From the IMG/VR virus record IMGVR_UViG_3300033066_001295, positions 143,817 to 207,816 of that record: a DNA stretch of 64,000 nucleotides; one strand, 5' to 3'. A program made the translations under genes and the position numbers. The notes below the pieces were generated by a model. It saw only the letters and a program-made list of their open reading frames with translations. It had not been told where the DNA came from and did not search any database. This stretch comes from a virus (taxonomy: Duplodnaviria; Caudoviricetes). Below are positions 9,581 to 17,717 of the stretch, piece by piece (positions within the stretch are counted from its first letter, which is position 1; each line of letters starts with the position of its first letter).

Positions 9581-9914
9581 GTGTTGTCAAATACCTATAA
9601 GTAGGCTTATACCTGTCAAATAACAAGCTTTGTTGAGTTACCTGACTGAACGCCCTCATTTCAGCAGCCAAAACTTCAGCATCTTTTTGGCTAAATCCGC
9701 CACCATCAAGTGCTCTTAGCTCAAGGATGTAATGACTGTCACGTAAAAAAGTTGAGTACTTGTAAGCTGGATGGACAATGTGACAATTAACCCACACAAC
9801 CACCTTATCAGAATCGGCCAGTCGAACAATATCAACAGGCCTATCTTTGAAAAAGCTTAGTAGTGGGAAAACCTCACCCACCACATTGAACTTGATGCCA
9901 TTGAACTCGTACAT
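9558..9914 (-). CDS. hypothetical protein
   Basis: 118-aa ORF behind a TTGACA promoter. Confidence 0.5.
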   Translation of the reverse strand: MYEFNGIKFNVVGEVFPLLSFFKDRPVDIVRLADSDKVVVWVNCHIVHPAYKYSTFLRDSHYILELRALDGGGFSQKDAEVLAAEMRAFSQVTQQSLLFDRYKPTYRYLTTHDLSQPV

Positions 9915-9954
9915 CGGGTAATTACATCAGGTACACCTTGAATGTCAAATATTT

Positions 9955-10029
9955 TGGACGCCAGTAAGGGGATCGCACCCTTCTAGTTCGTTTTGCAGAC
10001 GACTCCGCACTCTAGCCCGGTCACTGGCG
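9955..10029 (-). tRNA. tRNA-Cys(GCA)
   Basis: CGCCAGT/ACTGGCG-T-CCA, loop CT-GCA-AA. Confidence 0.85.
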
Positions 10030-10037
10030 ATTATAAA

Positions 10038-10112
10038 TGGAGCCACCAATGGGATTCGCGCCCATCTCTTCCGAATACCAATCGGATACATCGCTGTCTA
10101 TGCTTTGGCGGC
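10038..10112 (-). tRNA. tRNA-Thr(GGT)
   Basis: GCCGCCA/TGGTGGC-T-CCA, loop TT-GGT-AT. Confidence 0.9.
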
Positions 10113-10544
10113 AAAAGTTATATTTCTCGGCTCGATGACACCGTCATAGAGCACTGTGCCAACACTACTGAGGGAGGCTTGGTAGTAGCTTGAGGGTATT
10201 GATAGGTACCCATCAACAACCCACTCGGGGTGATTTTCGGTAAGTTTGGCAAACATTTCTTCAACCCTGTCTTCCAACTCTTTGGAAGTGGTACTGCCAT
10301 ACCCAACAGGTTCACTCAATGATGGCCTGTCAACCCGGAGGAGAGTTGTATCAACTAGGCAGCTAAGAACTACAGGTTCCCCACCACCATCTGCTGCTTC
10401 AGCATAGTAGTAGGCAAGCTCAAACTTGTCTGATAAGCAAGGATTCTTCAGCCCATGAATTTTGATCGAAGAAACCCACTCGCTATTTGTCCCGTGGTAC
10501 AAGGTTACTGAGCTTTCAAACAGGCTGACAAAACTAGCTGACAT
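10098..10544 (-). CDS. ADP-ribosyltransferase-fold (KptA/ART-like) protein
   Basis: TLYHGT...SIKIHGL...CLSD..LAYYYA...YDGVIEPRNI. Confidence 0.55.
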   Translation of the reverse strand: MSASFVSLFESSVTLYHGTNSEWVSSIKIHGLKNPCLSDKFELAYYYAEAADGGGEPVVLSCLVDTTLLRVDRPSLSEPVGYGSTTSKELEDRVEEMFAKLTENHPEWVVDGYLSIPSSYYQASLSSVGTVLYDGVIEPRNITFAAKA

Positions 10545-10721
10545 ACTGATATGTAGCTATCAAAAAAATTTCAGTGTTCATGTGGGGAGAGGTCTCTTTC
10601 CTACCTTCAAAGTCAGCTTTCGCTTCTCATATCATCACATGAACTCCTGTTTGAGCAGACACCAAGTTAGTCCTTAGACCTTCCAGTGATGCTCGCCGGA
10701 TAGCCCCCGGCTCTCAAATTG

Positions 10722-10949
10722 TTATGGTCTTTTATCACAATGGATCATATAGACCGGTCTCGTTGGAAGAAATCTTTCTTCTGGGTAGAAGCTGTTACAG
10801 ACAAAAATGCCATCTGTCCTGCCCATGCTCTTCATTTCAAGCTCTTCCTGTGACCTCACCTCAATCACGATCTCATTCAGTGAGTAGCCTAGAGCCTTGG
10901 CTGTGCCTGTCTTACCAGACCCCATTGAGCCATAAATCAGAGTGATCAT
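10722..10949 (-). CDS. small P-loop-containing protein
   Basis: LIYGSMGSGKT. Confidence 0.45.
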   Translation of the reverse strand: MITLIYGSMGSGKTGTAKALGYSLNEIVIEVRSQEELEMKSMGRTDGIFVCNSFYPEERFLPTRPVYMIHCDKRP

Positions 10950-11338
10950 TTCTTAGTGCCACTGGCAACGTAGGTTTTCAGTTGCTCCTTCAGTGCTTCC
11001 ACAGCCAGATTGTAAATCTCAGGAACATCACGTTTTACAACCTCTGAATTGGCAATCTCAGGGAGAACGTACATCAGAGCTACGGTCTTACTGGAGGGAA
11101 GAACAGAGGATAGTGTGCCCAGCAAAAGGATAGCAGGCAGTGAAAATAGAAGCGACCACTTTGAGATAGAAGAAAATACTGGTTTGAGTTCCTTATCCAC
11201 CCCTTTGTCATTGGATAAGAACAAAAACACAACTCCGAGAATGGCTAGGAGCACAGAGGCAAAGACTACCCCTCCACAGGTACTACGTACCTCGTCGGCC
11301 ATCTGCCACAGATATACATTGAATGGTGTTATTGACAT
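10946..11338 (-). CDS. two-TM membrane protein
   Basis: Two hydrophobic helices followed by LPSSKTVALMYVLP. Confidence 0.6.
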   Translation of the reverse strand: MSITPFNVYLWQMADEVRSTCGGVVFASVLLAILGVVFLFLSNDKGVDKELKPVFSSISKWSLLFSLPAILLLGTLSSVLPSSKTVALMYVLPEIANSEVVKRDVPEIYNLAVEALKEQLKTYVASGTKK

Positions 11339-11379
11339 ACAGAGACTATATCAAGAGTTGACTTGAGGTCAAATGAAAA

Positions 11380-11454
11380 TGGAAGCCCATGTTGGTAACG
11401 CTCCAATCTTACTCCGGGTCAAAGCCGGATGCATTGCTTCTATGCTAATGGGCT
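11380..11454 (-). tRNA. tRNA-Gln(TTG)
   Basis: AGCCCAT/ATGGGCT-T-CCA, loop CT-TTG-AC. Confidence 0.85.
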
Positions 11455-11647
11455 AAAAAGGTAAATAGCCGGTTACTATTCCGGCGTCCCTGAACCCGCT
11501 TGCTACAGGCTGGACAGTACTCCTTTTGGGCAAGCAGCCCCCGCAACTTCCCTGCGGACGGTATGGTGAGAAACCCTCTTTGCAAAAGGAGAGCGATAAC
11601 ACCCATGACACACCTTCGTGTGTTTCGTCCTTTTTGGACTCATCAGA

Positions 11648-11795
11648 TGGGAGTCAAAGAAGTGGAATCACACATTTGCACAGCACATGTTGCACCACTC
11701 ACGCTGGGTAGGACAGTCTTCACATCCAGCAGGCTCACCAAGGGGGACTGACTCTCCCATAGGTGGCACCTCGCGTCTTATTCCGCCACTTTGAT
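11648..11795 (-). ncRNA. expanded tRNA-like RNA
   Basis: Leu-like 5' end TCAAAG-TGGCGGAATAAGACGC, 3' CTTTGA; T stem GAGTGG/CCACTT with an insertion. Confidence 0.4.
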
Positions 11796-11796
11796 T

Positions 11797-11871
11797 TGGC
11801 AGCCATGGTAGGATTTGCACCCACTTAAAACACCTTCAGAGGGTGTCGCATATCTATTCTGCCACATGGCT
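11797..11871 (-). tRNA. tRNA-Gln(CTG)
   Basis: AGCCATG/CATGGCT-G-CCA, loop CT-CTG-AA. Confidence 0.9.
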
Positions 11872-11890
11872 ATAACACTTTAACTCACAC

Positions 11891-12598
11891 TCATGCTGCT
11901 GCCCCCATTGCTTCGGCCATGGCGCGGGTTTCTTCGAGGTCAGGAACAACCACAGCCTTGGGCTTGGCACCCCAAGGCAAACCGAACCGCTTGGCGCAGA
12001 TGGGGCCGTAGCCAACATCAGTGGAACGCTCATCATCCAAGCCACGGCTGCAAAAGCAGCAACAACCGGTGCGGTGACCATACTCAGCAGCAACCTTGGC
12101 AGGATCAGCGGCGAAGTTCTTCAGGAGGTCAACCACAGTGGAGTCATTGTCACGGCCAGCGAAGAACTCGCCTGACTCAGTGACACGGCCATAATAGGCA
12201 CCACCGAAAGTAGGGCTGGAAACCATCAAGTTGCCGACATACTTGGACCGCTCACCGGCAAAGGAAATCTTCACCTTGTTGCCGGAGGCGGCGGAGAGGA
12301 TGACGGCTGGACGCTTGAGGGCTGAGGCAGCCTTGATGAAGAGGTTCTTGATGCCACTCAAGTCGATCTGGGCGGCTGGAGTTGGAGCCACCTTGGGCGT
12401 TGCCAGCTTGTGAAACCAGAACAAACGGGCTGGAGTGAGGTTGTTTGGGTATGCCTCGACCAGAGACCGGGCGAAGGAGGGGTCATTGAACTCCCCATTG
12501 GCGATTTTGGCAACCAGAGCTTCCTTTGCTTCTGCATCGGAATTGAACGGGCTGGTGATGACTTCGTTGTTCTTCGGATTGGTAAGTGTCGTGCTCAT
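11891..12598 (-). CDS. DUF6011 domain protein (early)
   Basis: GCCCFCSRGLDDERSTDVGYGPICAKRFG. Confidence 0.75.
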   Translation of the reverse strand: MSTTLTNPKNNEVITSPFNSDAEAKEALVAKIANGEFNDPSFARSLVEAYPNNLTPARLFWFHKLATPKVAPTPAAQIDLSGIKNLFIKAASALKRPAVILSAASGNKVKISFAGERSKYVGNLMVSSPTFGGAYYGRVTESGEFFAGRDNDSTVVDLLKNFAADPAKVAAEYGHRTGCCCFCSRGLDDERSTDVGYGPICAKRFGLPWGAKPKAVVVPDLEETRAMAEAMGAAA

Positions 12599-12605
12599 GG
12601 TGGAC

Positions 12606-12633
12606 ACTATATCGAAAGTCGGTCACTCGTCAA
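12606..12633 (-). promoter_or_regulatory. sigma70-type early promoter with conserved spacer
   Basis: TTGACG-agtgaccgactttcga-TATAGT with A-rich upstream element. Confidence 0.75.
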
Positions 12634-12649
12634 CCAGAAAATGAGTTTT

Positions 12650-12895
12650 TCAGTTAATTTTTTCTTCACCCCGGTACGCCATGAGCCATGAAGAGCAAGT
12701 TGGCGAGCACATCCGATTGCCACTGATTGAGCTTTTTGGGTGTTTCACATCGTCTTCGGTCAATCGAGGGTCTTCCCACTCCTTTTCGAGCATTCTCACC
12801 CCACACTTCGGACATCTACGCCAGACGTGTATTGAAGGTGGAAAGTCATCTTCGTATTTGGAAAACATTGGTACCAGTGAGTGGACCCGCCCCAC
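12650..12895 (-). CDS. small Zn-finger protein
   Basis: CPKC...CSPTC. Confidence 0.4.
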   Translation of the reverse strand: MGRVHSLVPMFSKYEDDFPPSIHVWRRCPKCGVRMLEKEWEDPRLTEDDVKHPKSSISGNRMCSPTCSSWLMAYRGEEKIN

Positions 12896-12922
12896 AGTGC
12901 AAAGGCTTATGAAACCCCGCCC

Positions 12923-13333
12923 CTACTTCAGGACACTGGCATTGATTCTTTGCATTCTGGCTGGCGCAGCAGCGAGAACTCTCGGGCTGATGTGCTTTTC
13001 ACAGGACTGCCTCAAAGCACCTTTTTGCTCAAGAGAGAGCAAACTCACAGATGGCCCAAGGTGTTTTAGCTGAGGAAAGCTAATGTCTTCTGAAAGGACA
13101 TAACCAGCCTCCCTGAGAACCTCTTCAGCAGGCTTGTAAGGTGTCCCCATTCCAGCAATTCGCCTGATGTCACGGATGACCTCCCAGTCGATCTCTGTTT
13201 GGAGCAAAAGGGCAAGCCACTCAGAGAAGTCGGTGATGATGATCTTCTTGGGAACAGGTGCTACAGCCGGAAGAGGCACGACAGCAGCTACTGCCACGCC
13301 CATGAGTCTCTTGAAAAAATCGCGCCTGTCCAT
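12923..13333 (-). CDS. Tat-like signal plus gp23 major capsid fragment
   Basis: MDRRDFFK plus hydrophobic stretch; LQTEIDWEVIRDIRRIA and EAGYV resemble gp23-type MCP motifs. Confidence 0.55.
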   Translation of the reverse strand: MDRRDFFKRLMGVAVAAVVPLPAVAPVPKKIIITDFSEWLALLLQTEIDWEVIRDIRRIAGMGTPYKPAEEVLREAGYVLSEDISFPQLKHLGPSVSLLSLEQKGALRQSCEKHISPRVLAAAPARMQRINASVLK

Positions 13334-13672
13334 TCAAGAATATGTCACAAGAGGTGGACACTTCAAGATTTTACTTTCTGGAATTATAACCAGACTAGGG
13401 TAGGCAAACTTGTTGAAGTACTCTGGAAGGGCTGCTGCGTACATCTGCCCAAACAGTGAGTCTATAGAGTCCTTCGTCCCGTCCCCACCTAGATGGGTAC
13501 AGTGTGTCTTGCCACAAATGGAGCAGGTGTCATATGCAGCACTGGAAGCAAAGTCTGACAACCAGTTACTAACAGCAGAAACAACTGCTATGGCTGAAGG
13601 AACATCGAGAGTGGACATCTGACTGCCCATCCATCCCCAGAACTCGTCACTTTCTCTTGAAGGAACATCCAT
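13334..13672 (-). CDS. hypothetical protein
   Basis: 112-aa ORF with CSIC..HCTH. Confidence 0.45.
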   Translation of the reverse strand: MDVPSRESDEFWGWMGSQMSTLDVPSAIAVVSAVSNWLSDFASSAAYDTCSICGKTHCTHLGGDGTKDSIDSLFGQMYAAALPEYFNKFAYPSLVIIPESKILKCPPLVTYS

Positions 13673-13675
13673 AAT

Positions 13676-13752
13676 TGGTCAGGCTAGAGGGATTCGCACC
13701 CTCGGTCTCTTGCACCCCATGCAAGCGTGATACTAAGCTTCACCATAGCCTG
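13676..13752 (-). tRNA. tRNA-Pro(GGG)
   Basis: CAGGCTA/TAGCCTG-A-CCA, loop AT-GGG-GT. Confidence 0.9.
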
Positions 13753-13758
13753 TTAAAT

Positions 13759-13888
13759 GATCAAAGGAAACTGAAGAGGGCAAAATAGCTTTCGCTACTT
13801 CCCCATTAATCAACCATACCAATGTTATGGCTGATGGTGGGGAAGGCTGCCTTTCGGCAACGAAGTAGCCTGTTTCTCGCTGTTGATC
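13759..13888 (-). ncRNA. YrlA/Y-RNA-like RNA 3
   Basis: CAGCGAGAAACAGGCTACTTCG..CTTCAGTTTCCT; T and D arms replaced by GAAA hairpins flanking a long stem. Confidence 0.65.
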
Positions 13889-13962
13889 TGGTGGAACCGG
13901 ACGGTAACCCTCCGTCGTTTGAGACATGCCATGCCCCCGTTCTAGTTTTGAACTACGATCCC
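13889..13962 (-). tRNA. tRNA-Ala(GGC)
   Basis: GGGATCG/CGGTTCC-A-CCA (G3:U70), loop AT-GGC-AT. Confidence 0.85.
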
Positions 13963-14010
13963 ATAAAGTACCCGTTCTGGTGCGCTTCTTTGAGAGGCGT
14001 AACGGGTTTT

Positions 14011-14056
14011 TGGAGGACGCACTCGGCGTTTAGCCGATTCTCATGAACATGCGCCC
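14011..14056 (-). ncRNA. tRNA minihelix-like RNA
   Basis: GGGCGCA/TGCGTCC-T-CCA plus TCGG-CTAAACG-CCGA hairpin; no D or anticodon arm. Confidence 0.5.
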
Positions 14057-14061
14057 ATAAA

Positions 14062-14232
14062 TGCAGGCCGGTTTTACCCGGCTGGTACTTCAAGTAAGAG
14101 GGTAGATGCCTCATCCTCTATTTTCGGGCAGCCCCGTCCTTAATGGAGCGTTGTACCTACCCCTCCCCACCGCTTGGTTTAGCTACGCCATTCGGTGCCT
14201 GTTTACTGTGCGTGCCTAGCACGCTGTCTGCA
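14062..14232 (-). ncRNA. unassigned structured RNA
   Basis: TGCAG/CTGCA closing stem; hairpins GCGTGC-TAG-GCACGC and GCCGG-GTAAAA-CCGGC. Confidence 0.4.
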
Positions 14233-14238
14233 AAATTT

Positions 14239-14347
14239 TAGCTTCATCACCCCTCACGTTCTCTTACTCTTGGAGTGACATACCACGTTGACAAGCCCCG
14301 AATAACGATCCGAACTTATCTAGGCTGGGAATATCTTCCTGAAGCTA
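14239..14347 (-). ncRNA. unassigned structured RNA
   Basis: TAGCTTCA/TGAAGCTA closing stem directly after a tRNA CCA. Confidence 0.4.
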
Positions 14348-14440
14348 TGGCGGATAATCGAGGACTTGCACCCCAAGCTCACTTTCGTGGCTCAATCCGA
14401 TTTCGAGTCGGCACCGGCTCGCTTGTCCGGTTGATCATCC
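14348..14440 (-). tRNA. tRNA-Ser(CGA), 8/4 fold
   Basis: GGATGATC/GATTATCC-G-CCA, loop CT-CGA-AA, long variable arm. Confidence 0.85.
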
Positions 14441-14652
14441 AAAACTGAATCTGGGTCTTTCCAAGTAATCTCAAGGGTCCCATCTTCCAAAAACTTGCAC
14501 TTGCAGTCAACGCTCAGCTTTCGCTGAGCGACTATTGGCATTGACACAATCTCAAGATCAAAGCTTGGAAGGTCTTCAGGTAGGACCCCTTCAGGCACTA
14601 CTGAGACTACAGCCGAAGCGGCAGCAGACTTGAAAAGTGTTCGTCTATCCAT
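14392..14652 (-). CDS. Tat-like signal plus gp23 major capsid fragment
   Basis: MDRRTLFK plus hydrophobic stretch; LPSFDLEIVSMPIVAQRKL. Confidence 0.5.
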   Translation of the reverse strand: MDRRTLFKSAAASAVVSVVPEGVLPEDLPSFDLEIVSMPIVAQRKLSVDCKCKFLEDGTLEITWKDPDSVLDDQPDKRAGADSKSD

Positions 14653-14869
14653 GACGCCTTGCCTCCTCTCTTGTTACCTCTAGGAGAGGGCCATATCTAA
14701 CGTGAACAGCCGTGTCAAATTCAGGCTCGTCAGAAATGCATGAAATAGTGAGAGCATCACTGCCATCACCACATGCTGCTACTTCAGAGCATTCAAATTT
14801 ACCATTCCAGAATGATATGCTGAGAAACCCCCTATAGGGTTTCATAAATCTGTAATACCCTACTGGCAT
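14645..14869 (-). CDS. hypothetical protein
   Basis: Overlapping operon-like ORF. Confidence 0.45.
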   Translation of the reverse strand: MPVGYYRFMKPYRGFLSISFWNGKFECSEVAACGDGSDALTISCISDEPEFDTAVHVRYGPLLEVTREEARRHG

Positions 14870-15300
14870 GATTCACAAGGACCATCAACTGAACAGGAAG
14901 GTTGACCGAGTTTGGTGTCACCAAAGTCGAGGTCATCTTTCTGTGCAACTTCATCTGCTGCCTGCCATATTCTGGCTTTCACCTCTGTACGAGGCTCTAT
15001 TTTGAACTCCCCATCAACACGAAGCGTGCGACGATCCTCTGAAATGAAGTTTGGGTCTGACAAGCTCTGCTGAATAGCCTCACAAAGAATCTCAACAACC
15101 TCATCATCAATGCTAAGACCATGACGCTGAAACACGGTATCAACAACGTCATTATTCCAACGAACTTTGATGGTACGGCCATCCACAGCAATACCCCTCC
15201 TTAGCACGATGTCATCAGGCCCAAGTGGTGCATCTGGGAAGGTGATTGTGTGACCGGGAAATCGCTCCTGAACCTTTACCATAAAGTCTTGATCAGTCAT
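14860..15300 (-). CDS. hypothetical protein
   Basis: 146 aa, C-terminal CSVDGPCESCQ. Confidence 0.55.
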   Translation of the reverse strand: MTDQDFMVKVQERFPGHTITFPDAPLGPDDIVLRRGIAVDGRTIKVRWNNDVVDTVFQRHGLSIDDEVVEILCEAIQQSLSDPNFISEDRRTLRVDGEFKIEPRTEVKARIWQAADEVAQKDDLDFGDTKLGQPSCSVDGPCESCQ

Positions 15301-15322
15301 AACTCAAGCTAGGCTACATTTC

Positions 15323-15414
15323 TGGCGGGTCAAGGAGGACTTGCACCCCAAACCACTTTCGTGGCTCCAATTGCTTTCCAAGCAACGCTGACTCGCTTGT
15401 TCAGTTCTTGACCC
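15323..15414 (-). tRNA. tRNA-Ser(GGA), 8/4 fold
   Basis: GGGTCAAG/CTTGACCC-G-CCA, loop TT-GGA-AA. Confidence 0.85.
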
Positions 15415-15418
15415 AAAA

Positions 15419-15493
15419 TGGTGGAGAATAACGGTTCCGCCCCGTTGACTTCGCGTTGCAAGCGCAATGTGTTACTATTAGCACCAATCCCCC
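15419..15493 (-). tRNA. tRNA-Ala(TGC)
   Basis: GGGGGAT/ATTCTCC-A-CCA, loop CT-TGC-AA. Confidence 0.9.
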
Positions 15494-15633
15494 TTAAAGC
15501 CGGTTCTCTCACACCGGAAAGTCACACAACTTTCGTCATCGCAAGAAATAGCTCGGTGCCTCCATCGAGGTCGTCACTACAACTGCTCCGGGACATGTGT
15601 CGTCTTTATCTGCATATCTCCCGATCTGCAAAA

Positions 15634-15708
15634 TGGCCGCTTGAACTGGTAACGCTCCAGTCTTCTCTCCTTTTCAGGGAGGCACCCATCTATCTAGGTC
15701 ATCAAGCG
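15634..15708 (-). tRNA. tRNA-Phe(GAA)
   Basis: CGCTTGA/TCAAGCG-G-CCA, loop CT-GAA-AA. Confidence 0.85.
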
Positions 15709-15724
15709 AAAATGGTGGCTGTAA

Positions 15725-15798
15725 TGGAGGGCCATGTCGGTAACGCTCCGACTTAGTCTGCTTGGAAGGCAGTTGCACTACTTTTGTGCTAATGACCC
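15725..15798 (-). tRNA. tRNA-Gly(TCC)
   Basis: GGGTCAT/ATGGCCC-T-CCA, loop CT-TCC-AA. Confidence 0.9.
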
Positions 15799-15906
15799 AT
15801 AATTTGTTGTTGCTCTCTAGCTGCCCGCCTGTCGGCTGCCCGCTTATAGTCCAGACCACAACATCCTGATAAAATCAGAAGGAGCAAACAAAGACTTCTC
15901 CTCATA

Positions 15907-16251
15907 TTACAAAGGACCGTTGGTTATCTCACCATAAAACTCGCCTGCGTACCCATTAATCGCAAACCGCTCTTCTGGCATGGACTCGTCCAAAATTACA
16001 CTCTTACTCTTGAACACTCGTTTGGCTGGGTCGTAATCTGGCAGTGTTTCCAAAATAGCAAACACTTCTGATCCAGCAGTAATTTCATCGCCCTCAAGTT
16101 GACTTAGCAAGGTTCCAAACGAGAGCTTATGCTCAAGAAATGAGATTCTAGGCCACAGATTTAGAGGCAATGTATGCTTATAGCCAACTGGCATAGGGGC
16201 GAATGGGGGTGTTTTGTCCCATCTCACTGTAACTGGAAGTGTGTCACACAT
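15907..16251 (-). CDS. protein resembling an internal segment of a gp23-type capsid protein
   Basis: GDEITAGSEVFAILETLPDY...VILDESMPEERFAINGY. Confidence 0.4.
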   Translation of the reverse strand: MCDTLPVTVRWDKTPPFAPMPVGYKHTLPLNLWPRISFLEHKLSFGTLLSQLEGDEITAGSEVFAILETLPDYDPAKRVFKSKSVILDESMPEERFAINGYAGEFYGEITNGPL

Positions 16252-16293
16252 GCCACACATGCCACATAAGCTAGTAACTATGTCAACAAAAAA

Positions 16294-16449
16294 GTCAGGG
16301 GAGGCTGGAATCGAACCAGCTACATGGTTACTCTCTTGAACCACCAGTACCATACCCATGCTGTCATGCTCTGGGTTACCGCAGACTTAGCAGTGGTTTA
16401 CGTTGCCACCCTGCGGGCCAAAGCAGCCTTTCCAATTGGATACTCCCCG
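16294..16449 (-). ncRNA. tRNA-Pro-derived RNA with anticodon-loop and variable-arm insertions
   Basis: CGGGGAG-TA-TCCAATTGG 5' end, canonical GCTGG-TTCGATT-CCAGC T arm, TGCTTTGG[insert]GAGCA. Confidence 0.6.
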
Positions 16450-16457
16450 ATTTTGAA

Positions 16458-16531
16458 TGGTAGCCCGTGAGGGTGTTGCTCCCCCGATTTCTGGATGTAA
16501 ACCAGACGTGATACTGTTTCACCAACAGGCC
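16458..16531 (-). tRNA. tRNA-Val(TAC)
   Basis: GGCCTGT/ACGGGCT-A-CCA, loop TT-TAC-AT. Confidence 0.9.
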
Positions 16532-16626
16532 ATTAAATTTGCTGTGCTGTAAGGTGACACAGACCCATGCACCACACAGAACCGTTGAGCCTCCTCCTCG
16601 TCTTCTCAACAGGCCAGTGCATGTTT

Positions 16627-16693
16627 TGGTACGGGAAGTGTGAGTTTCACACACTCCTCCACCGCAAGGTGGCGTTCGTCTAAACTATCCCGC
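16627..16693 (-). ncRNA. compact tRNA-like RNA with 4-nt anticodon loop
   Basis: GCGGGA/TCCCGT-A-CCA, CCACC-TTGC-GGTGG, GTGTG-TGAAACT-CACAC. Confidence 0.55.
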
Positions 16694-16726
16694 AAATGTC
16701 ACCACGCTCGGTTGCCCGACTTCTGA

Positions 16727-16800
16727 GCGACATATTGCTTTTACGCAACGTGGTGTGGTAGGCGACATATTGCTTTTACGCAACGTGGTGTGGTAGGCGA
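16727..16800. repeat. perfect 35-bp tandem duplication
   Basis: gcgacatattgcttttacgcaacgtggtgtggtag twice, then gcga. Confidence 0.9.
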
Positions 16801-16865
16801 TGCAGGTGCTGCCCCTGCCACTTCCACAATGTCAATGTGGCTATCTACTGCTGATATAATCGCCC
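16791..16865 (-). tRNA. tRNA-Val(GAC)
   Basis: GGGCGAT/ATCGCCT-A-CCA, loop TT-GAC-AT. Confidence 0.9.
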
Positions 16866-16871
16866 ATAAAT

Positions 16872-17038
16872 TGGTGACTGTCCCTCAACGAGACCTAGCA
16901 ACCTCCACGGTTACCGTGCAAGCTTTCCCTCAGATGGCAAGCTAAGTTCGCGCGACCCGAGCAGGCTCTTCTGAGTTGATTGCAACCAAGCCCGCCACCG
17001 TCGCAGCCGTCATCACTTGGTTCCGTACACTACAGTCA
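16872..17038 (-). ncRNA. CCA-ended non-tRNA structured RNA
   Basis: TGACTGT/ACAGTCA-CCA closing stem; fills the gap between two tRNAs. Confidence 0.5.
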
Positions 17039-17113
17039 TGGTGGGTGTGGTTGGTAATGCTCCAACTACTTCTGCAATGTGAATGCAGCACTCTACTTTT
17101 GAGTTACACACCC
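17039..17113 (-). tRNA. tRNA-Val(CAC)
   Basis: GGGTGTG/CACACCC-A-CCA, loop TT-CAC-AT. Confidence 0.9.
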
Positions 17114-17181
17114 TGATTACCCATGCCGAAGCACAGGGGTGAGTTGAATTAGCCTTTCGGCACGGGCACCTCACCAGCCCC

Positions 17182-17403
17182 CTAACCGGCATTGAATGAC
17201 GAAAGAATAACCACTGAATCGCCTGAACATGCAAGAACTTCGCAGTCCACATGCTGAGGGTCTTCCCGCACCTTTCCTTCGTCACCATACTGCTCGTTAG
17301 CAAGTTTCCTTGCTTCCGATTCATTTTCTGCCCTCACAACCTTTGAGTCATAAGAGTCATAACCGACATAGCCCTTTACTGAGAGTAAGTAGAATTGTTT
17401 CAT
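17182..17403 (-). CDS. hypothetical phage protein
   Basis: GYDSYDSKVVRAENESEARKLA...VILSSFNAG. Confidence 0.6.
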   Translation of the reverse strand: MKQFYLLSVKGYVGYDSYDSKVVRAENESEARKLANEQYGDEGKVREDPQHVDCEVLACSGDSVVILSSFNAG

Positions 17404-17437
17404 AGTTGTGACCCAACTACTCACTACAGGCAAAGGA

Positions 17438-17601
17438 TGGTCGTGATGGGCGACCCAAGCTTGTATTTAACTCCCACAGACCCGAAGGCCACAAGCCAGA
17501 ACTTGTACAACGTGGAGGATTTCTTCGTCCTATCTACCCACAAGATAGCCCTAACGGGCGAATTGGACAGCCTACCTCAAGGATAGGCGCGAACATTCAC
17601 G
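17438..17601 (-). ncRNA. CCA-ended non-tRNA structured RNA
   Basis: CGTGA(A)TG/CATCACG-A-CCA, several short hairpins. Confidence 0.45.
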
Positions 17602-17606
17602 TTGAC

Positions 17607-17690
17607 TGGTGCGCAGTGTGGGTAACGCTCCCACTTGGCCGAAACGACGGGTTTACAGTCCGCCCCACATCTTTAGTGGTCTAACTGCGC
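17607..17690 (-). tRNA. tRNA-Tyr(GTA)
   Basis: GCGCAGT/ACTGCGC-A-CCA, loop CT-GTA-AA. Confidence 0.9.
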
Positions 17691-17717
17691 ATAAATTTTT
17701 ACTGAGATACTTTCCCA

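Noticed and set aside
10600-10640. C/D-box-like TGATGA..CTGA on minus strand
   Set aside because: Short motifs expected by chance, with no supporting context
11461-11610. RNase P RNA
   Set aside because: No GAGGAAAGTCC / ACAGAA..GGCTTA P4 signature
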